Shown here: in pieces, positions 28,334 to 39,467 of the stretch
How the letters are laid out: every line of letters starts with the position of its first letter
Position numbering within the stretch: position 1 is the stretch's first letter
Assembly (NCBI GenBank): GCA_963706575.1
Contig: CAVPNL010000001.1
Location: 416,001 to 480,000 of the forward strand
Direction: 5' to 3'
Length of the DNA: 64,000 nucleotides
Source of the DNA: an uncultured delta proteobacterium
GTDB taxonomy: Bacteria; Desulfobacterota; Desulfobacteria; Desulfobacterales; JAHEIW01
Position numbers and translations under genes: made by a program
The notes under the pieces: model-generated
Databases searched by the model: none
Told to the model about the DNA's origin: nothing
The model's input: only the letters and a program-made list of their open reading frames with translations

Positions 28334-28471
28334 TAACCAATGCCGCTAATTACCATCGTTTGTACCACGTTGAGAGTTTTACAAAGCATATAATGATGGG
28401 GAAATATTGAAAGCGAATATACATACGGGACAAGAAAAGGATCCGTGTTCTCATCTGGTCCAAGGCGCGGG

Positions 28472-29572
28472 TCAGATTTCAGGAATAATATCAACAGAAA
28501 AACCTAATCCGTCCACTAAAATTGAGCGGTAGGTGTCAAAAACCCTATCTTTAATTTCCGCTTGGGTGTCGGGAGGAGTCTGGGCGATCATAATTCCACT
28601 TTTGAGGATACAGGCCTGAATGTTTTTGGATGGGTTGAAAGTGGTGCCGAATTGTCCTGTGGATTGAATCGGAAAATGATTTTTCTTCAAAAGCTTTTCC
28701 AGTTGATTCAGGTCAACCTTGATTCGTTGGTTGGGCGACAGGACAAAATTCCGGCGCCCGTCTCTGGCACATGTTTCTTCAAAAAAACGGTCTTTAATTT
28801 CTTCCGGCGGGCCATCCGGATGAGTGCCGCATACCTTGCAATTATCCACGGATTGCATTTCCAGGATGTTGAATTCAAATTCTCTGAGATCGATGTAGAG
28901 CAACTTGTTATAAAGCTTGGGTTGCTGTCCGATAATGAATCTCACCGCCTCTGAAACCTGAACCGAAGAAACCATGCCGATAACCGATGGATGTACACCG
29001 ACCACCCCGCAGACCGGCAGGTCCCCATCCTTGAGCCCGGGCATAAAGCATTCCAGACAAAACGTTTGCCCGGGGATTAAGGTCGAAGCGTTTCCAAACG
29101 CTTCTATCGCGGCGCCAAAGACGTAGGGGATTTTAAACTTGTTGCAGATGCGGTTCACCAGATAACGGGGCTCCGGCCGATCCAGGCCGTCAATTACAAT
29201 ATCCATCCCGCCAATGAGTTCCTCGGCGTTGATCGAATTCAAAGACTCAGGAATCGGATCCAGTTTCACGTCCGGGTTGAGCTTGCTCAGTTTTTGGTGG
29301 GCAATCTCCACTTTCGGCATACCGACGCAATCGGCATCATAAAGATGCTGGCGGTGAAGATCGGAGCGGGAAACAATATCCCGATCCACAATACGCAAAT
29401 ACCCGATGCCCATGCCGACAAGCTGGGTGGCAATCGGTGAACCCAGGCCTCCCACGCCAATCAGGCATGCTCTGGCGTTACGCAGTTTGAGCTGTCCGTC
29501 ATAACCGATGTCGGCCAGAACAATCTGTCTTGAATAGGTTTCCAGCTCTTTTTCGGTGAGTTCCTTTTGCAT
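28472..29572 (-). CDS. MoeB/ThiF-family adenylyltransferase with C-terminal extension
   Basis: YSRQ, GVGGLG, DRDIVSRSDLHRQ, CLEC and CKVC Zn pairs. Confidence 0.88.
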   Translation of the reverse strand: MQKELTEKELETYSRQIVLADIGYDGQLKLRNARACLIGVGGLGSPIATQLVGMGIGYLRIVDRDIVSRSDLHRQHLYDADCVGMPKVEIAHQKLSKLNPDVKLDPIPESLNSINAEELIGGMDIVIDGLDRPEPRYLVNRICNKFKIPYVFGAAIEAFGNASTLIPGQTFCLECFMPGLKDGDLPVCGVVGVHPSVIGMVSSVQVSEAVRFIIGQQPKLYNKLLYIDLREFEFNILEMQSVDNCKVCGTHPDGPPEEIKDRFFEETCARDGRRNFVLSPNQRIKVDLNQLEKLLKKNHFPIQSTGQFGTTFNPSKNIQACILKSGIMIAQTPPDTQAEIKDRVFDTYRSILVDGLGFSVDIIPEI

Positions 29573-29698
29573 TTACCCCCTTACCTTATTAGATAAATTG
29601 CCGGCGGTTTTAGACTGAATTTAAAATACCATCAATTTACAGAGAAGTTCAAATAATTTATCATAAAATAAGGGTGGTAATGGTGTTGCGATTCAATC

Positions 29699-30265
29699 TC
29701 ATTCTCTGAATGGTTTTTTTGCTTCTATTTGAACATCCACGTTTGTCCCATTAGAGGTTACATCAAATACCGGCGAAAGCTTACTTAATGCTTTTAGTCT
29801 TTTTAGATTTTCGGTATCCGTTTTAACTTTAAAATTAACACGGATGTTCTTATATCCCCTGCGAACATCCTTCGAGAGCCCCAGAAAACCACGCAGATCG
29901 ATATCACCCTCTAGTTCTGACTCCAATTCATCGATTTTGATACCGCGAATGGCTGCATGATATATTAGCGTGGAGGTCAGGCAACCCGCCAGCGCATTCA
30001 AAAGGTGTTCCACTGGATTTGCACCGATATCCTCGCCGGCGAGAACGGGGGGTTCGTCACAATCCAGCTCAAATGATTTGAGATGGGAGATCTCCTGATT
30101 GGTGCCGTAAAAACTGCTGACCGTTGAACGGTTGTGGCCGCCGCTGATCCAGTTATTGTGAAGCCGAAACTTGAATTTGGCAAGTTCTGGCTTTTCTTCT
30201 ATGGCTTTGACAGCATTTTCCACCGTGCTGACGTTAACGCCGTTTAAAATTTTATCATCAGACAT
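29699..30265 (-). CDS. OsmC-family protein
   Basis: DEPPVLAGED, NPVEHLLNALAGC, GDIDLRGFLG, SPVFD. Confidence 0.88.
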   Translation of the reverse strand: MSDDKILNGVNVSTVENAVKAIEEKPELAKFKFRLHNNWISGGHNRSTVSSFYGTNQEISHLKSFELDCDEPPVLAGEDIGANPVEHLLNALAGCLTSTLIYHAAIRGIKIDELESELEGDIDLRGFLGLSKDVRRGYKNIRVNFKVKTDTENLKRLKALSKLSPVFDVTSNGTNVDVQIEAKKPFRE

Positions 30266-30518
30266 CTTTATGTCTCCTTTTTAAGTTGTTGCCCTGAAAT
30301 GCGTGTGGCGATTTTAATTGTAAGCAGGGCATATTGGAAAGAAAAGAAAAAAGCCTTTAGGATAGGTCTCTGTGTTCAGAACATGATTCGAGATTCGGAA
30401 GTAGGTCCTACTGATGATCAATAACAAAGAAAGGTCAGGAGTAGGTGAGTTTCAATATCACATCGGTTGATAGAATACAGGGCCTAATGCAGAAAGGGTA
30501 TGTATAAATTATTCAAAG

Positions 30519-30674
30519 TCAAGAAACAGGTTTCATATCTTCCTTGATTAACTCTTTGACTTTTTCCATCTCTTTATCGCGTCCAAGGCGATAATCGTTA
30601 ATTGAACGGGATACCCTAATATCAGGTATAACCTCTCGATCAGGATTATCCCCAGGTAGTGTATAGATAGCCAA
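30519..30674 (-). pseudogene. C-terminal remnant resembling an S41 peptidase tail
   Basis: Hand translation LAIYTLPGDNPDREVIPDIRVSRSINDYRLGRDKEMEKVKELIKEDMKPVS*; no upstream catalytic domain or clear start. Confidence 0.5.
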
Positions 30675-30754
30675 TTAATACAATTGAAAAAAAGGCGAGT
30701 CTTCTGGTGGGGATAATAATTTGTTAATTTTTTAATAGAGGTTAATTGAGAATT

Positions 30755-32203
30755 CTATTCAATTTTATTGAAATGTAAACCCCTGAATCCAATATAAACA
30801 ATAGATTGCTTCACTTCTCCATTTTTATCCTTAATAAAGTCTATCTTGAAATCCCCGATATTTTTCGAATCCCCGAAAAATTGAGTTTCACTTACTGGAA
30901 TGAGCTCAACTTTGTCGAAAAAAGAGGTCCGTGTATAAAGCTTATCTCCCTCTCTGAAAACGGGTGCTACAATACCATGCTTTTTTGCCTCGTATTTTCC
31001 TGTTAGCTCATCAAGGATTTCAGGAGGTAATTTAACCGCTTTTTTAAGCGATGCTGAAGGCACGATTGAGGGAATGATGTATTTTAGCAAGAATCCTTCA
31101 GGGCCTGAATGGCCCTTCGGATTAAACACTTTGCTGGTAAAAACAGCAACCAAATCCAACTGCGGTATGATAAATATTTTTTGTCCCCCATGTCCCGAGG
31201 CAAAAAGTACTTCAATTGTTTGGTTGCTCATGGTTGCTTTCCCGAGCCACCATTGATATCCGTATCCTATTCCAGGCGCATCAATATGTCTTTTTGTAGA
31301 TTCCGCGACCCATTCCTGGGATACGATCTGCCGATCTTTCCATTTGCCATTTTTCAGTATCATATAGCCAATTTTGGCCATATCTCGTGGTCTTAAATGG
31401 AGACCGCCATCTGTTTGAATATTGCCATCCGGAAATTTATCCCAGTGATAATCTGAAATTTCCAGTGGAGCGAAAAGATATTGCCCGGCAAATTTATCGA
31501 TGTACAGACCGGATGTGTTTTTTACAATCCCACCCAGAAGAATGGTTAGCCCGCTGTTGTAATAGAATTGTTCTCCCGGTGCCGCGATTACATTTCGGTC
31601 GAGGACAAATCCGATGGGGTCCCCGCTGTCATACATTTGGTAGGTTGTATGTCCCGGATCTCTGCGCGAGTATTTCATGGCCTCCCAATCCAGTCCGGCA
31701 GCCATGGTGAGTAGGTGTTGAAGGGTAATCGGATATTTTTGATCAATCCATTTCGTGCCCGCATATTCGGGAAAAAACGCGTAAGCCTTCGCCTGGACAT
31801 CAGCCGCTATTTTTTGGTCTATTGCAATGCCGATTAAAATCGATGTGATACTTTTGCTAACCGAGGCCAGAAAATGCAATCTTTCCCGATTGTACCCATA
31901 AAAGTATTCTTCAAGGACAAGTTCTCCGTTTTTAATCAGCAGAATGCTGTGAATGTTCCTGTCATTTCCGCCGAGAATATCGAGCATCATTTCAGCAATT
32001 TTTTCTGGACTAATATTCACTTCCTTTAAAGAGGCGGTCTCCCAGCCGTCATCAATTTTCTCGGGCTGTTGGTATGTATATTCGTGCTGCGGCAGGCCAT
32101 AAGGGTTGACTCTTGGTGACCAGAGGCTGCATGATGCGACAAATAAGATAAAAATCGGAAACAAAGGTAAATACATGTTCGGGTTATTAAGGCTTCGAAT
32201 CAT
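30755..32203 (-). CDS. Serine hydrolase of the beta-lactamase/class C fold, probable lipoprotein, with C-terminal extra domain
   Basis: SVSK (SxxK), FYYNS, LRPRDMAKIG, GHGGQ; lipobox VASC; start behind AGGAG. Confidence 0.85.
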   Translation of the reverse strand: MIRSLNNPNMYLPLFPIFILFVASCSLWSPRVNPYGLPQHEYTYQQPEKIDDGWETASLKEVNISPEKIAEMMLDILGGNDRNIHSILLIKNGELVLEEYFYGYNRERLHFLASVSKSITSILIGIAIDQKIAADVQAKAYAFFPEYAGTKWIDQKYPITLQHLLTMAAGLDWEAMKYSRRDPGHTTYQMYDSGDPIGFVLDRNVIAAPGEQFYYNSGLTILLGGIVKNTSGLYIDKFAGQYLFAPLEISDYHWDKFPDGNIQTDGGLHLRPRDMAKIGYMILKNGKWKDRQIVSQEWVAESTKRHIDAPGIGYGYQWWLGKATMSNQTIEVLFASGHGGQKIFIIPQLDLVAVFTSKVFNPKGHSGPEGFLLKYIIPSIVPSASLKKAVKLPPEILDELTGKYEAKKHGIVAPVFREGDKLYTRTSFFDKVELIPVSETQFFGDSKNIGDFKIDFIKDKNGEVKQSIVYIGFRGLHFNKIE

Positions 32204-32250
32204 CCTTTCTCCTCTTTTCATTTTGTTTCGGCTCAATAACGGCAAATTTT

Positions 32251-33012
32251 TTATCTGCTTATAAAATCTTCAATTATGGGCGCCAAGTCCATAAAGTTTA
32301 CCTGCATTTCCTTCTCTAAATCTTTGACTTCTCCTTCTTCATAGGAAGGGCCGAATTGGGCGTTAATCGGTATGCTTTTTTGCTCACAATATCTTTTAAG
32401 GGATGGTTTGGTCATATTTGCGATCAAAAAGGCGTTGTTTGCGCCACCCCATTCAAAATGCGGTCCGTCACCACCGCTGTCGCCCATGATGATGATGTTG
32501 TTTGATGGAATATTAAAAGAATGAACGACCGATTCAGTATTTTTGCCCTTGTCCATCGTATCAAAAAGGTCGTAAATGTGTCGTGGATCTGCATCACCCT
32601 TCGGGTAGCGAACCATCGGATGGGCGGATAGCACCGGCACTTTTGGAAGCAGATTTTTTGCGAAAACCCGTTGAAAATAACCGATCATACCGGTGGTGTT
32701 GATCATCAGCAGGAGATTGTTACGCTGGCACCATTCGATGAGTTCCGGAACGCCGCTATAGGTAGCAAAGGAATCATCCAGATATTGATCCATCTGTTTT
32801 TCGGTGATGGGGGCCGGCAACAATTTCTGAATTTGACGGACAGCTTCACCCAGGGAAATGAAATTGCCCGTATACTGCTTAAAGATGCTTTCTAATTGAC
32901 TAGCGAGTTGTGGATAGTTGAAAGAAATGAAATCAAACGGACCGCAGGGCGCCAGGCACTCATTCCAGTCTGATGAAACCATGGCTTTGTATGTTTTATT
33001 TTTGGAATCCAT
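32251..33012 (-). CDS. HAD-like hypothetical protein
   Basis: SDWNECL (variant motif I), INTT, K, GDSGGD (motif IV). Confidence 0.65.
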   Translation of the reverse strand: MDSKNKTYKAMVSSDWNECLAPCGPFDFISFNYPQLASQLESIFKQYTGNFISLGEAVRQIQKLLPAPITEKQMDQYLDDSFATYSGVPELIEWCQRNNLLLMINTTGMIGYFQRVFAKNLLPKVPVLSAHPMVRYPKGDADPRHIYDLFDTMDKGKNTESVVHSFNIPSNNIIIMGDSGGDGPHFEWGGANNAFLIANMTKPSLKRYCEQKSIPINAQFGPSYEEGEVKDLEKEMQVNFMDLAPIIEDFISR

Positions 33013-33134
33013 GAAAAATCTTTTAACGATTTGCGAAAATAAAAACAAGGTGCAATTCTGTACTTGATTTTTGACTTTATCCCGAAAATGTATGATCTTA
33101 TTTTAAGAATAGAATTTGAAAAAGGCCATAAATC

Positions 33135-34779
33135 TTGAACAGAAATGATGATTACATAAAAATAGCTAACAATTATTTTGATTTTTTGGCCGGGCACTTC
33201 CCGGTGATGTGCGCTAGCGATGAATTTGACTTTCTCCCCCGAGCAGAAAATGCTGCCAAACACTATGACAAACTGGATAAATTCGATTCTGATGCAATCG
33301 AAGAATCTATTGATAAACTGAAAAGTTATCACAATCAATTTGAAGCGACCAATGATGAAGCCGGAGATCTCGATCGTTTCATCGATCTCAAATTGCTGCA
33401 AGCCAATGCTGCCGGCATTTTAATCGAGCTGGATACCAAGCGCTCCTGGCGCTACAATCCGTTGCTGTATTTGAAAATCGGTTTTATCGGTCTGGACCAT
33501 GCCTTGAACAAACCGGCCGAAGACCCTCAGGAACTTCGGGAAAGAGCACTGGCACGATTGTCCGGTATCCCAGATCTTCTCAAAAATGGAATTGACAATA
33601 TCCAATCCGTGCCCGAAACTTATTACCAGGCATCATTGATGATGGCCGCGGATTGCAAACAATACCTGAATGAACTCGGCAACGATCTATCACAGATATT
33701 TGTCGATCATCATGACGCGGCTACCGGCGCTTTGAACAATGTTGCCGGTGCTCTCGAGGGTTTTAGCCGGTTTTTAAAATCCAAATCCCCTGAGCCCGAT
33801 AAACAGTTTGCAGTTTCCACTTTAGAGACCTCATTAAAAGATCATTTTTTAGCGAGCCATTCACCCGAAGAAATATTTGTAATTGCCAGGGAAGGATGGC
33901 AGGAAGATTTTAGGGCAGCTTGATAATCTGCAATCCCGAATAGACCCAAATAAAACCTGGGAGCAACTCTATCATGAACACACGCCTTCTCTGATAGAGG
34001 AAACCAAAATCTTTTCCCTTTATAAAGAAGAGATTATTCGGTTGCGGACATTTTTCAGCCAAAACGGATTTAGCGAAGAACTACTGAGTTCGCCGATCGA
34101 AATTAAATACACCCCTACCTATCTCAAATCCGTGAGGAGTTCTGCTTCCTTTGCAGCCGCATTTAGTAGGGACCCCCGTGAAAAGAGCTATTTTTATATT
34201 TCGACGCATTTTCCACAGCATAACAGCCCAAAAACCGACCATCACCTTCAAAGACGTTTGAATCGTGAATACAAAATGCTGACCGCACATGAGACAATAC
34301 CCGGACATCATTTCCTGGATTCTTTCCGCCGTATGCTTAACAATCCAATTCGCCGGCAGATCGAGTCTCCTCTTTTTTATGAAGGCTGGGCCTCTTATGC
34401 AGAGTCAATGTTGATCGAATACGGCTACTTAAATGATCCCTTGGAATCGCTCGTCAGTCTCAAGCGAGAATTGTGGCGTTCGGCGCGATGTCAAATCGAT
34501 GTGGGATTTACAATTGGAAAGCTTTCTGAACAGGCGGCATTGGACTTATTAAAAACATGCGGATTTGCATCGGCGGAAGCAAAAAGGCAACTGGATCGCT
34601 TTCGTCTCAATCCCGGGTATCAGCTGTGCTATGGTTACGGCAGTCATGAATTTAAACAATTGAAGAAAAAATACGGCCATTTATTAGAAGGCAAGGATTT
34701 CTACAGCCTCCTCCTCGAAGGTGGGGAATTACCATTTCACCTAATTGAGAAGCGATTTCAAAACTTCCATTTAAGATAA
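33135..34779 (+). CDS. DUF885-family protein, split by one +1 frameshift at 33908-33911
   Basis: HETIPGHH, FYEGWASYAE, PGYQLCY; removing one T from TTTT joins ...WQED to LGQLDNL... Confidence 0.82.
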
Positions 34780-34806
34780 CTGTAAGTCCAATAATTCTTA
34801 GTTCAA

Positions 34807-37800
34807 TTAATTGATTTCCGACCGGTGTTCTTCCAGCGGGAGGGACATCGGAGAATTATCAAGGACAGGATGCTTTACATCCGGCATGGCGCCGTACAAA
34901 TATCGGATTTCGGCTTTATCGTCCAATGGATGCGCGAGGTGTATCCGGATCGTATGGGAATCATGGCGGTATATTTTTGTGATAGGGACGGGAGCACCCC
35001 GGGCGATGACTTCCCATCCGGTAATTCCTGAAGTCGGGGTGAAATCACTGCCGCCACTGTGGTTGATTGCGATCTCTATGGTGCTGTTATCAATTTGCTT
35101 TACGCTGGTTACACGCGGGCCCCGGTAGTATGTCTCTTTGCCTAAGATATACAGAACCGTTTGGGCTACCCTGTTCCCCATCGATATATATGCTTTTGGT
35201 GTGAGGTGCTGCCGACCGTGGTTCTTAAGATCAAGCGTAGTCGCTGCTAAATAGCAGTCGGCAACGTTCTCGACAACATGCCTTTGGGCATTGCGGATAT
35301 CCTGGTGAGGTTCGTCTTTGCCTCCGGGGCGTTTGATCATCATAACGACCAGAAAAGGCAAGTTTTCACGAGCCGAACCATTGGCGATGTCGGATCTCAC
35401 TTGATTTATAATAAAATGTTCAAGGGAGTCTGCATATTCTTTCTCTGTTACGGTACCTCGCGCTGCGTCCGCTTCGCCCTGTATCCAGATTACAAATTCC
35501 GCGGCACCGCCTGCTTTGGATACGCCGGTAATAAAACGATCATAGATCGAATTCGGCGATATATCTTCCCAGTAGCCTGTGCCCCAATCGGCTTCCTTTC
35601 TCAATCCCGATCCATTAACCGAAAAATTCAGGAGCCCGACCGGAATCCCCAGCCGTTCGATTATGCGGTTACCAAAGGCAATTGCTGCATTGCCTTGAAC
35701 CGTTAATTTGGACCAGCTGTTATCACTAAATTTGCGTAGCAGCGAATGGCCTTTTAAATCCTTACCGGTGAAAAACCATTCTTTCATGTTCGACTGACCC
35801 AGGCAGGCGATTAATATTCCAACGCCCCATTTATGCTGGCCATTGATGAAAACTGTATGATCAGTATGACTGCGGACCTGGATGTTATACCACCCCCCCT
35901 GCGGCACATCTGCAAGTTTACCGACAAAGATTCCGTTTCGCGGTGCAGAATCGATAACCGTCCACGGTACGATTTCTTCAATGGTGTTGTTCCTGACCAC
36001 CCGCGCTTCTATGGGTTCAATTTGTCCGCTGTAAGTCCCGGAGACGACGATATCCGCACTTTGTTCATGGCGTTGAAAAATACTTCCATCTTCAAAATCG
36101 TTTACAGTTAGGGAGGGTGCTGTCGAGACCGGTATTGAAGCAATTATATCAGTTATTTCAGAAGCATGTGGCTCATCTTTCATGTTCACTGTTAAGGTAT
36201 TTGAATTTCTAATTTCGACTTGCTTCTCCGAAATGGGAATCTTGGAGTCTTCTGGCATGGGTTCATTTTTGTCTTGCGGTTTTTTTTCAGAAATCAGGCG
36301 CTTCTTTAATAGCGATGGGTCGCTGTTTGCGGGAGAATCTATATCAGAACTGGTACTTGGTTCGTTTTCATTCGACTTTGGATCCGTAATGTCCATGCCG
36401 GGATCCGATTCGGTTACGATGGTTTCTGATTCAGTGTCCTGGCTATCGGTCTCATTTTTATTATCCGATTTGGCCAGTAAAAATTTTTCTCCCTCGGGTT
36501 CGACACCACCTGGAATTTCAGGAAATTCGAGTATCTCAGCCGATTGCAAAATGAGCACCCCGGCTTTATTGCCTGGATGAATTTTCAGCGATATCAACTC
36601 TTGAAAGGGAAGTGGCAAATACAATGTTGTGATTCCAGGCTTGAGGGATTTGAGTTTAACAAGGGCAGGAGTGGTCATGTACTCGACAGTCATGATGTCG
36701 GAGTGCAGTGCTTCAGCGGTTAGCTTCAGGACTCTGAAGATACGATCATTTGATGCCGGAATGGCCGGGAGCTTAAAAGAGGATCGATGGCCGACTGATT
36801 TGATCTCCAGGTACTGGCTGCTTTTATCGAGCGACACATTTGAGCCCGGTATAGAACTCTTAAGATCGAGCAGATAACGATCAGGGATGGAAGCTTCGGT
36901 TTCAAATGTTGAAAAAAAGCTGTCAATTTCAAGACGTATCGTTCCCAGTTCGGATTCTGCCCTTTCAAGTAAGATGAGATCGCTGGCGTACAAATCTTCT
37001 CCATATTGTCTTGATGGGATACTGTCTGTGCGGATTACCTGAAGCTGACTGAATATTTGTGCCATGTAAGGGATAAGATTTTCAATATAATCATCTCCAT
37101 AGACGATTGCGGTTGAAAATTCAGACTGTACTTTAGATGCGATGTGCATAACCGGGGCATCATCAACCGCGGACAAGAAACCCATCAAATGCCTGGCAAG
37201 ATCACCGTCGCTGCCCGAATCACGGCGCTTGTAATCAAATACCCGTTTCTGTTTGTCGCCCTGAATCACCTGTGCCTGGATCGCCTCAGCAGCAACCCCG
37301 GCGCCCAGATCATTCCAACAGGTACCGGCTTTATCATAAAGCAGCGTATTGTTTGTTCTGGCGTCCAGTAGCAATTGTTCGAGCCTCACAAAGCTTTTCA
37401 CAGGGTTCAATTCATTGGCTTTGAGAAACAGGTCGTACTGGCTGCGATTACAGGCCGTGCTCTTTGGCACAAATCCCACATTTTCAGGATAGATCGTTGA
37501 TTTGTTCGGTGCGACAATAAATAAGAACCGACGACCGGTCGCTTCTATTATCTTTTCGATGGCGTGAAGATCTAAAATCAACCGTTGTATGTCCTGCATT
37601 CGATCGCAGGCTTCCTTGCGATAGTCATCAATAGATTGACGGCTGTAAAGCCATCCATTCTTGCCAATATGAACCTCTTCGATGTCGGTCATATGGAATA
37701 TGCGGTAATCCAACCAGCGTTTGGCGAGAATGAGCGGACTTCGCAAAGAAAAGCTGTCATTGAAATATTGGTCGAAAGACCCGTAGTATTCGTTGTCGAA

Positions 37801-37935
37801 AAGAGCCCGCCTATCAAACCGGGGAGGTTTTAATCCAATTCGATTCACTCCAAGGTTAAAATCAAAGTCGATTAACCATACCACGGCCGGTGTTAAAAGA
37901 AGGAAGACAAAAATGATTGAAAATATTTTTTTCAT
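34807..37935 (-). CDS. Fusion protein: membrane anchor, AlgJ/AlgX-like domain, acidic linker, and SGNH (SASA/NanS-like) acetylesterase domain
   Basis: N-part FNDSFSLR, GKNGWLY, APNKSTIYPE, GDLAR; C-part GQSN, QGEAD, QHL; start MKKIFS at 37935. Confidence 0.75.
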   Translation of the reverse strand: MKKIFSIIFVFLLLTPAVVWLIDFDFNLGVNRIGLKPPRFDRRALFDNEYYGSFDQYFNDSFSLRSPLILAKRWLDYRIFHMTDIEEVHIGKNGWLYSRQSIDDYRKEACDRMQDIQRLILDLHAIEKIIEATGRRFLFIVAPNKSTIYPENVGFVPKSTACNRSQYDLFLKANELNPVKSFVRLEQLLLDARTNNTLLYDKAGTCWNDLGAGVAAEAIQAQVIQGDKQKRVFDYKRRDSGSDGDLARHLMGFLSAVDDAPVMHIASKVQSEFSTAIVYGDDYIENLIPYMAQIFSQLQVIRTDSIPSRQYGEDLYASDLILLERAESELGTIRLEIDSFFSTFETEASIPDRYLLDLKSSIPGSNVSLDKSSQYLEIKSVGHRSSFKLPAIPASNDRIFRVLKLTAEALHSDIMTVEYMTTPALVKLKSLKPGITTLYLPLPFQELISLKIHPGNKAGVLILQSAEILEFPEIPGGVEPEGEKFLLAKSDNKNETDSQDTESETIVTESDPGMDITDPKSNENEPSTSSDIDSPANSDPSLLKKRLISEKKPQDKNEPMPEDSKIPISEKQVEIRNSNTLTVNMKDEPHASEITDIIASIPVSTAPSLTVNDFEDGSIFQRHEQSADIVVSGTYSGQIEPIEARVVRNNTIEEIVPWTVIDSAPRNGIFVGKLADVPQGGWYNIQVRSHTDHTVFINGQHKWGVGILIACLGQSNMKEWFFTGKDLKGHSLLRKFSDNSWSKLTVQGNAAIAFGNRIIERLGIPVGLLNFSVNGSGLRKEADWGTGYWEDISPNSIYDRFITGVSKAGGAAEFVIWIQGEADAARGTVTEKEYADSLEHFIINQVRSDIANGSARENLPFLVVMMIKRPGGKDEPHQDIRNAQRHVVENVADCYLAATTLDLKNHGRQHLTPKAYISMGNRVAQTVLYILGKETYYRGPRVTSVKQIDNSTIEIAINHSGGSDFTPTSGITGWEVIARGAPVPITKIYRHDSHTIRIHLAHPLDDKAEIRYLYGAMPDVKHPVLDNSPMSLPLEEHRSEIN

Positions 37936-37942
37936 TATCCGT

Positions 37943-39370
37943 TTAAAACCGATAGTAAATAAAGGGACTGCTCGCGCCACCCACAATAAGCGCCGCGCAA
38001 TACGGAAGCACCAGCAGGATCATTAAAGCACCCGCAAGCAACGGGACCGGATCTTTTTTGTCTATTAATTGTCTTATCAAAGAAAAGTCACCCGGCAGGA
38101 AGAATACCGGCAATGCTGCTATCAGAATAAGAAGGTTTCGGTAGTTCAACGCTCGGCTTAGTTCGTAAGAAACGGGCCAATCCGTTATGGTGAACATGGC
38201 GCCCAGAAACCTGATGGCCTGGGCGATATCTTCTGAGCGGAATAGCACCCAGCCGATAACAATGATTAACAGCGTTATGACACGACGCATAATTTTGTAT
38301 TTTTCCAGGGCAATTTCACGCATACCCGTAACACGTTCCAGAATCAGGAATACGCCATGGTAAATTCCCCAGATCAGGAATGTCCAATTTGCTCCATGCC
38401 ACAACCCGCAAAGGATACAAACAATTGCCATGTTCAGACAGGTTCTTGATGTTGTGCGACGGTTGCCTCCAAGGGGAATGTACAGGTAATCTCTAAACCA
38501 GCGACTCAAAGTGATATGCCAGCGACGCCAGAAGTCGGTAATACTAACGGCAGAATAGGGACGGTTGAAATTTTCGGGGAATGTAAAGCCAAACATCATG
38601 CCCATGCCAATGGCCATATCCGAATAGGCGGAGAAATCGAAATAGATCTGGAGTGTGTAGGTAATGGCACCAAGCCAGGCGACTTTTGTATCAAGCAATT
38701 CCAATTGGAGGCCAAAAACAACGTCCGTGATCTGGGCGCAGGAACTGGCGATCACTACTTTTTTTAACAGACCCCAGCAAAAGCGTAAGGTTCCGTAGTA
38801 GAAATTGTTCCAGGATTCACGGCGCTCCTTAAGCTGACGCCGTATATAGCTGAAGCGCACGATGGGCCCGGCAATGAGTTGCGGAAACATCGCAATGTAT
38901 AGGGCGAAATCAATAACATTCACAAGCGCACGGCTTTTTCCCCGGTAGACATCGATAATATAACTGAGTTTTTGGAACGTAAAAAATGAAATACCAATGG
39001 GAAGGATAACGGCATTCCACTCGATTGGGAAAAATTTCAATCCTAAAGGGAGGTTATTGAGTTCGGCCACGAAAAAATTGGCGTATTTAAAATAGGCCAG
39101 AAGTCCTAAATTAAGAAGCAGTGAAAAACTCAGCCACAATTTTTTGTATTTGACCTTGCGGTCGATCAGACGCCCGAGCAGATAGTCTGCCAAAGTGGAC
39201 AGGATCAGAATCAAAAGAAAACCGGCAGCACCGTATAGGTAAAATAGATAACTGAAAAAAAGAAGAACGATGTTGCGCAGTTTTTGAGGGGTCAGCAGTT
39301 GCTGGCCATAATAACTTATGATTACCGCGGGGAGAAAGCCGAACAGGAAAATAGTGGTTGAAAATACCAT
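37943..39370 (-). CDS. MBOAT O-acyltransferase (AlgI/PatA-like)
   Basis: PIGISFFTFQ, FPQLIAGPI, DFSAYSDMA, FWRRWHITL, GLWHGA (catalytic His). Confidence 0.95.
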   Translation of the reverse strand: MVFSTTIFLFGFLPAVIISYYGQQLLTPQKLRNIVLLFFSYLFYLYGAAGFLLILILSTLADYLLGRLIDRKVKYKKLWLSFSLLLNLGLLAYFKYANFFVAELNNLPLGLKFFPIEWNAVILPIGISFFTFQKLSYIIDVYRGKSRALVNVIDFALYIAMFPQLIAGPIVRFSYIRRQLKERRESWNNFYYGTLRFCWGLLKKVVIASSCAQITDVVFGLQLELLDTKVAWLGAITYTLQIYFDFSAYSDMAIGMGMMFGFTFPENFNRPYSAVSITDFWRRWHITLSRWFRDYLYIPLGGNRRTTSRTCLNMAIVCILCGLWHGANWTFLIWGIYHGVFLILERVTGMREIALEKYKIMRRVITLLIIVIGWVLFRSEDIAQAIRFLGAMFTITDWPVSYELSRALNYRNLLILIAALPVFFLPGDFSLIRQLIDKKDPVPLLAGALMILLVLPYCAALIVGGASSPFIYYRF

Positions 39371-39467
39371 ATATAAACATAATAGACTATTTCATGGGAA
39401 GTAGTCTATTGTTATGTCCTTTATTTAATCTGCAAACACTGACACCTGACACCATAGATCTTGAGCA

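Noticed and set aside
28472..29572. ThiF protein as a CBASS E1 or RiPP maturase
   Set aside because: Has standard MoeB Zn motifs; no E2, JAB, CD-NTase or precursor peptide nearby
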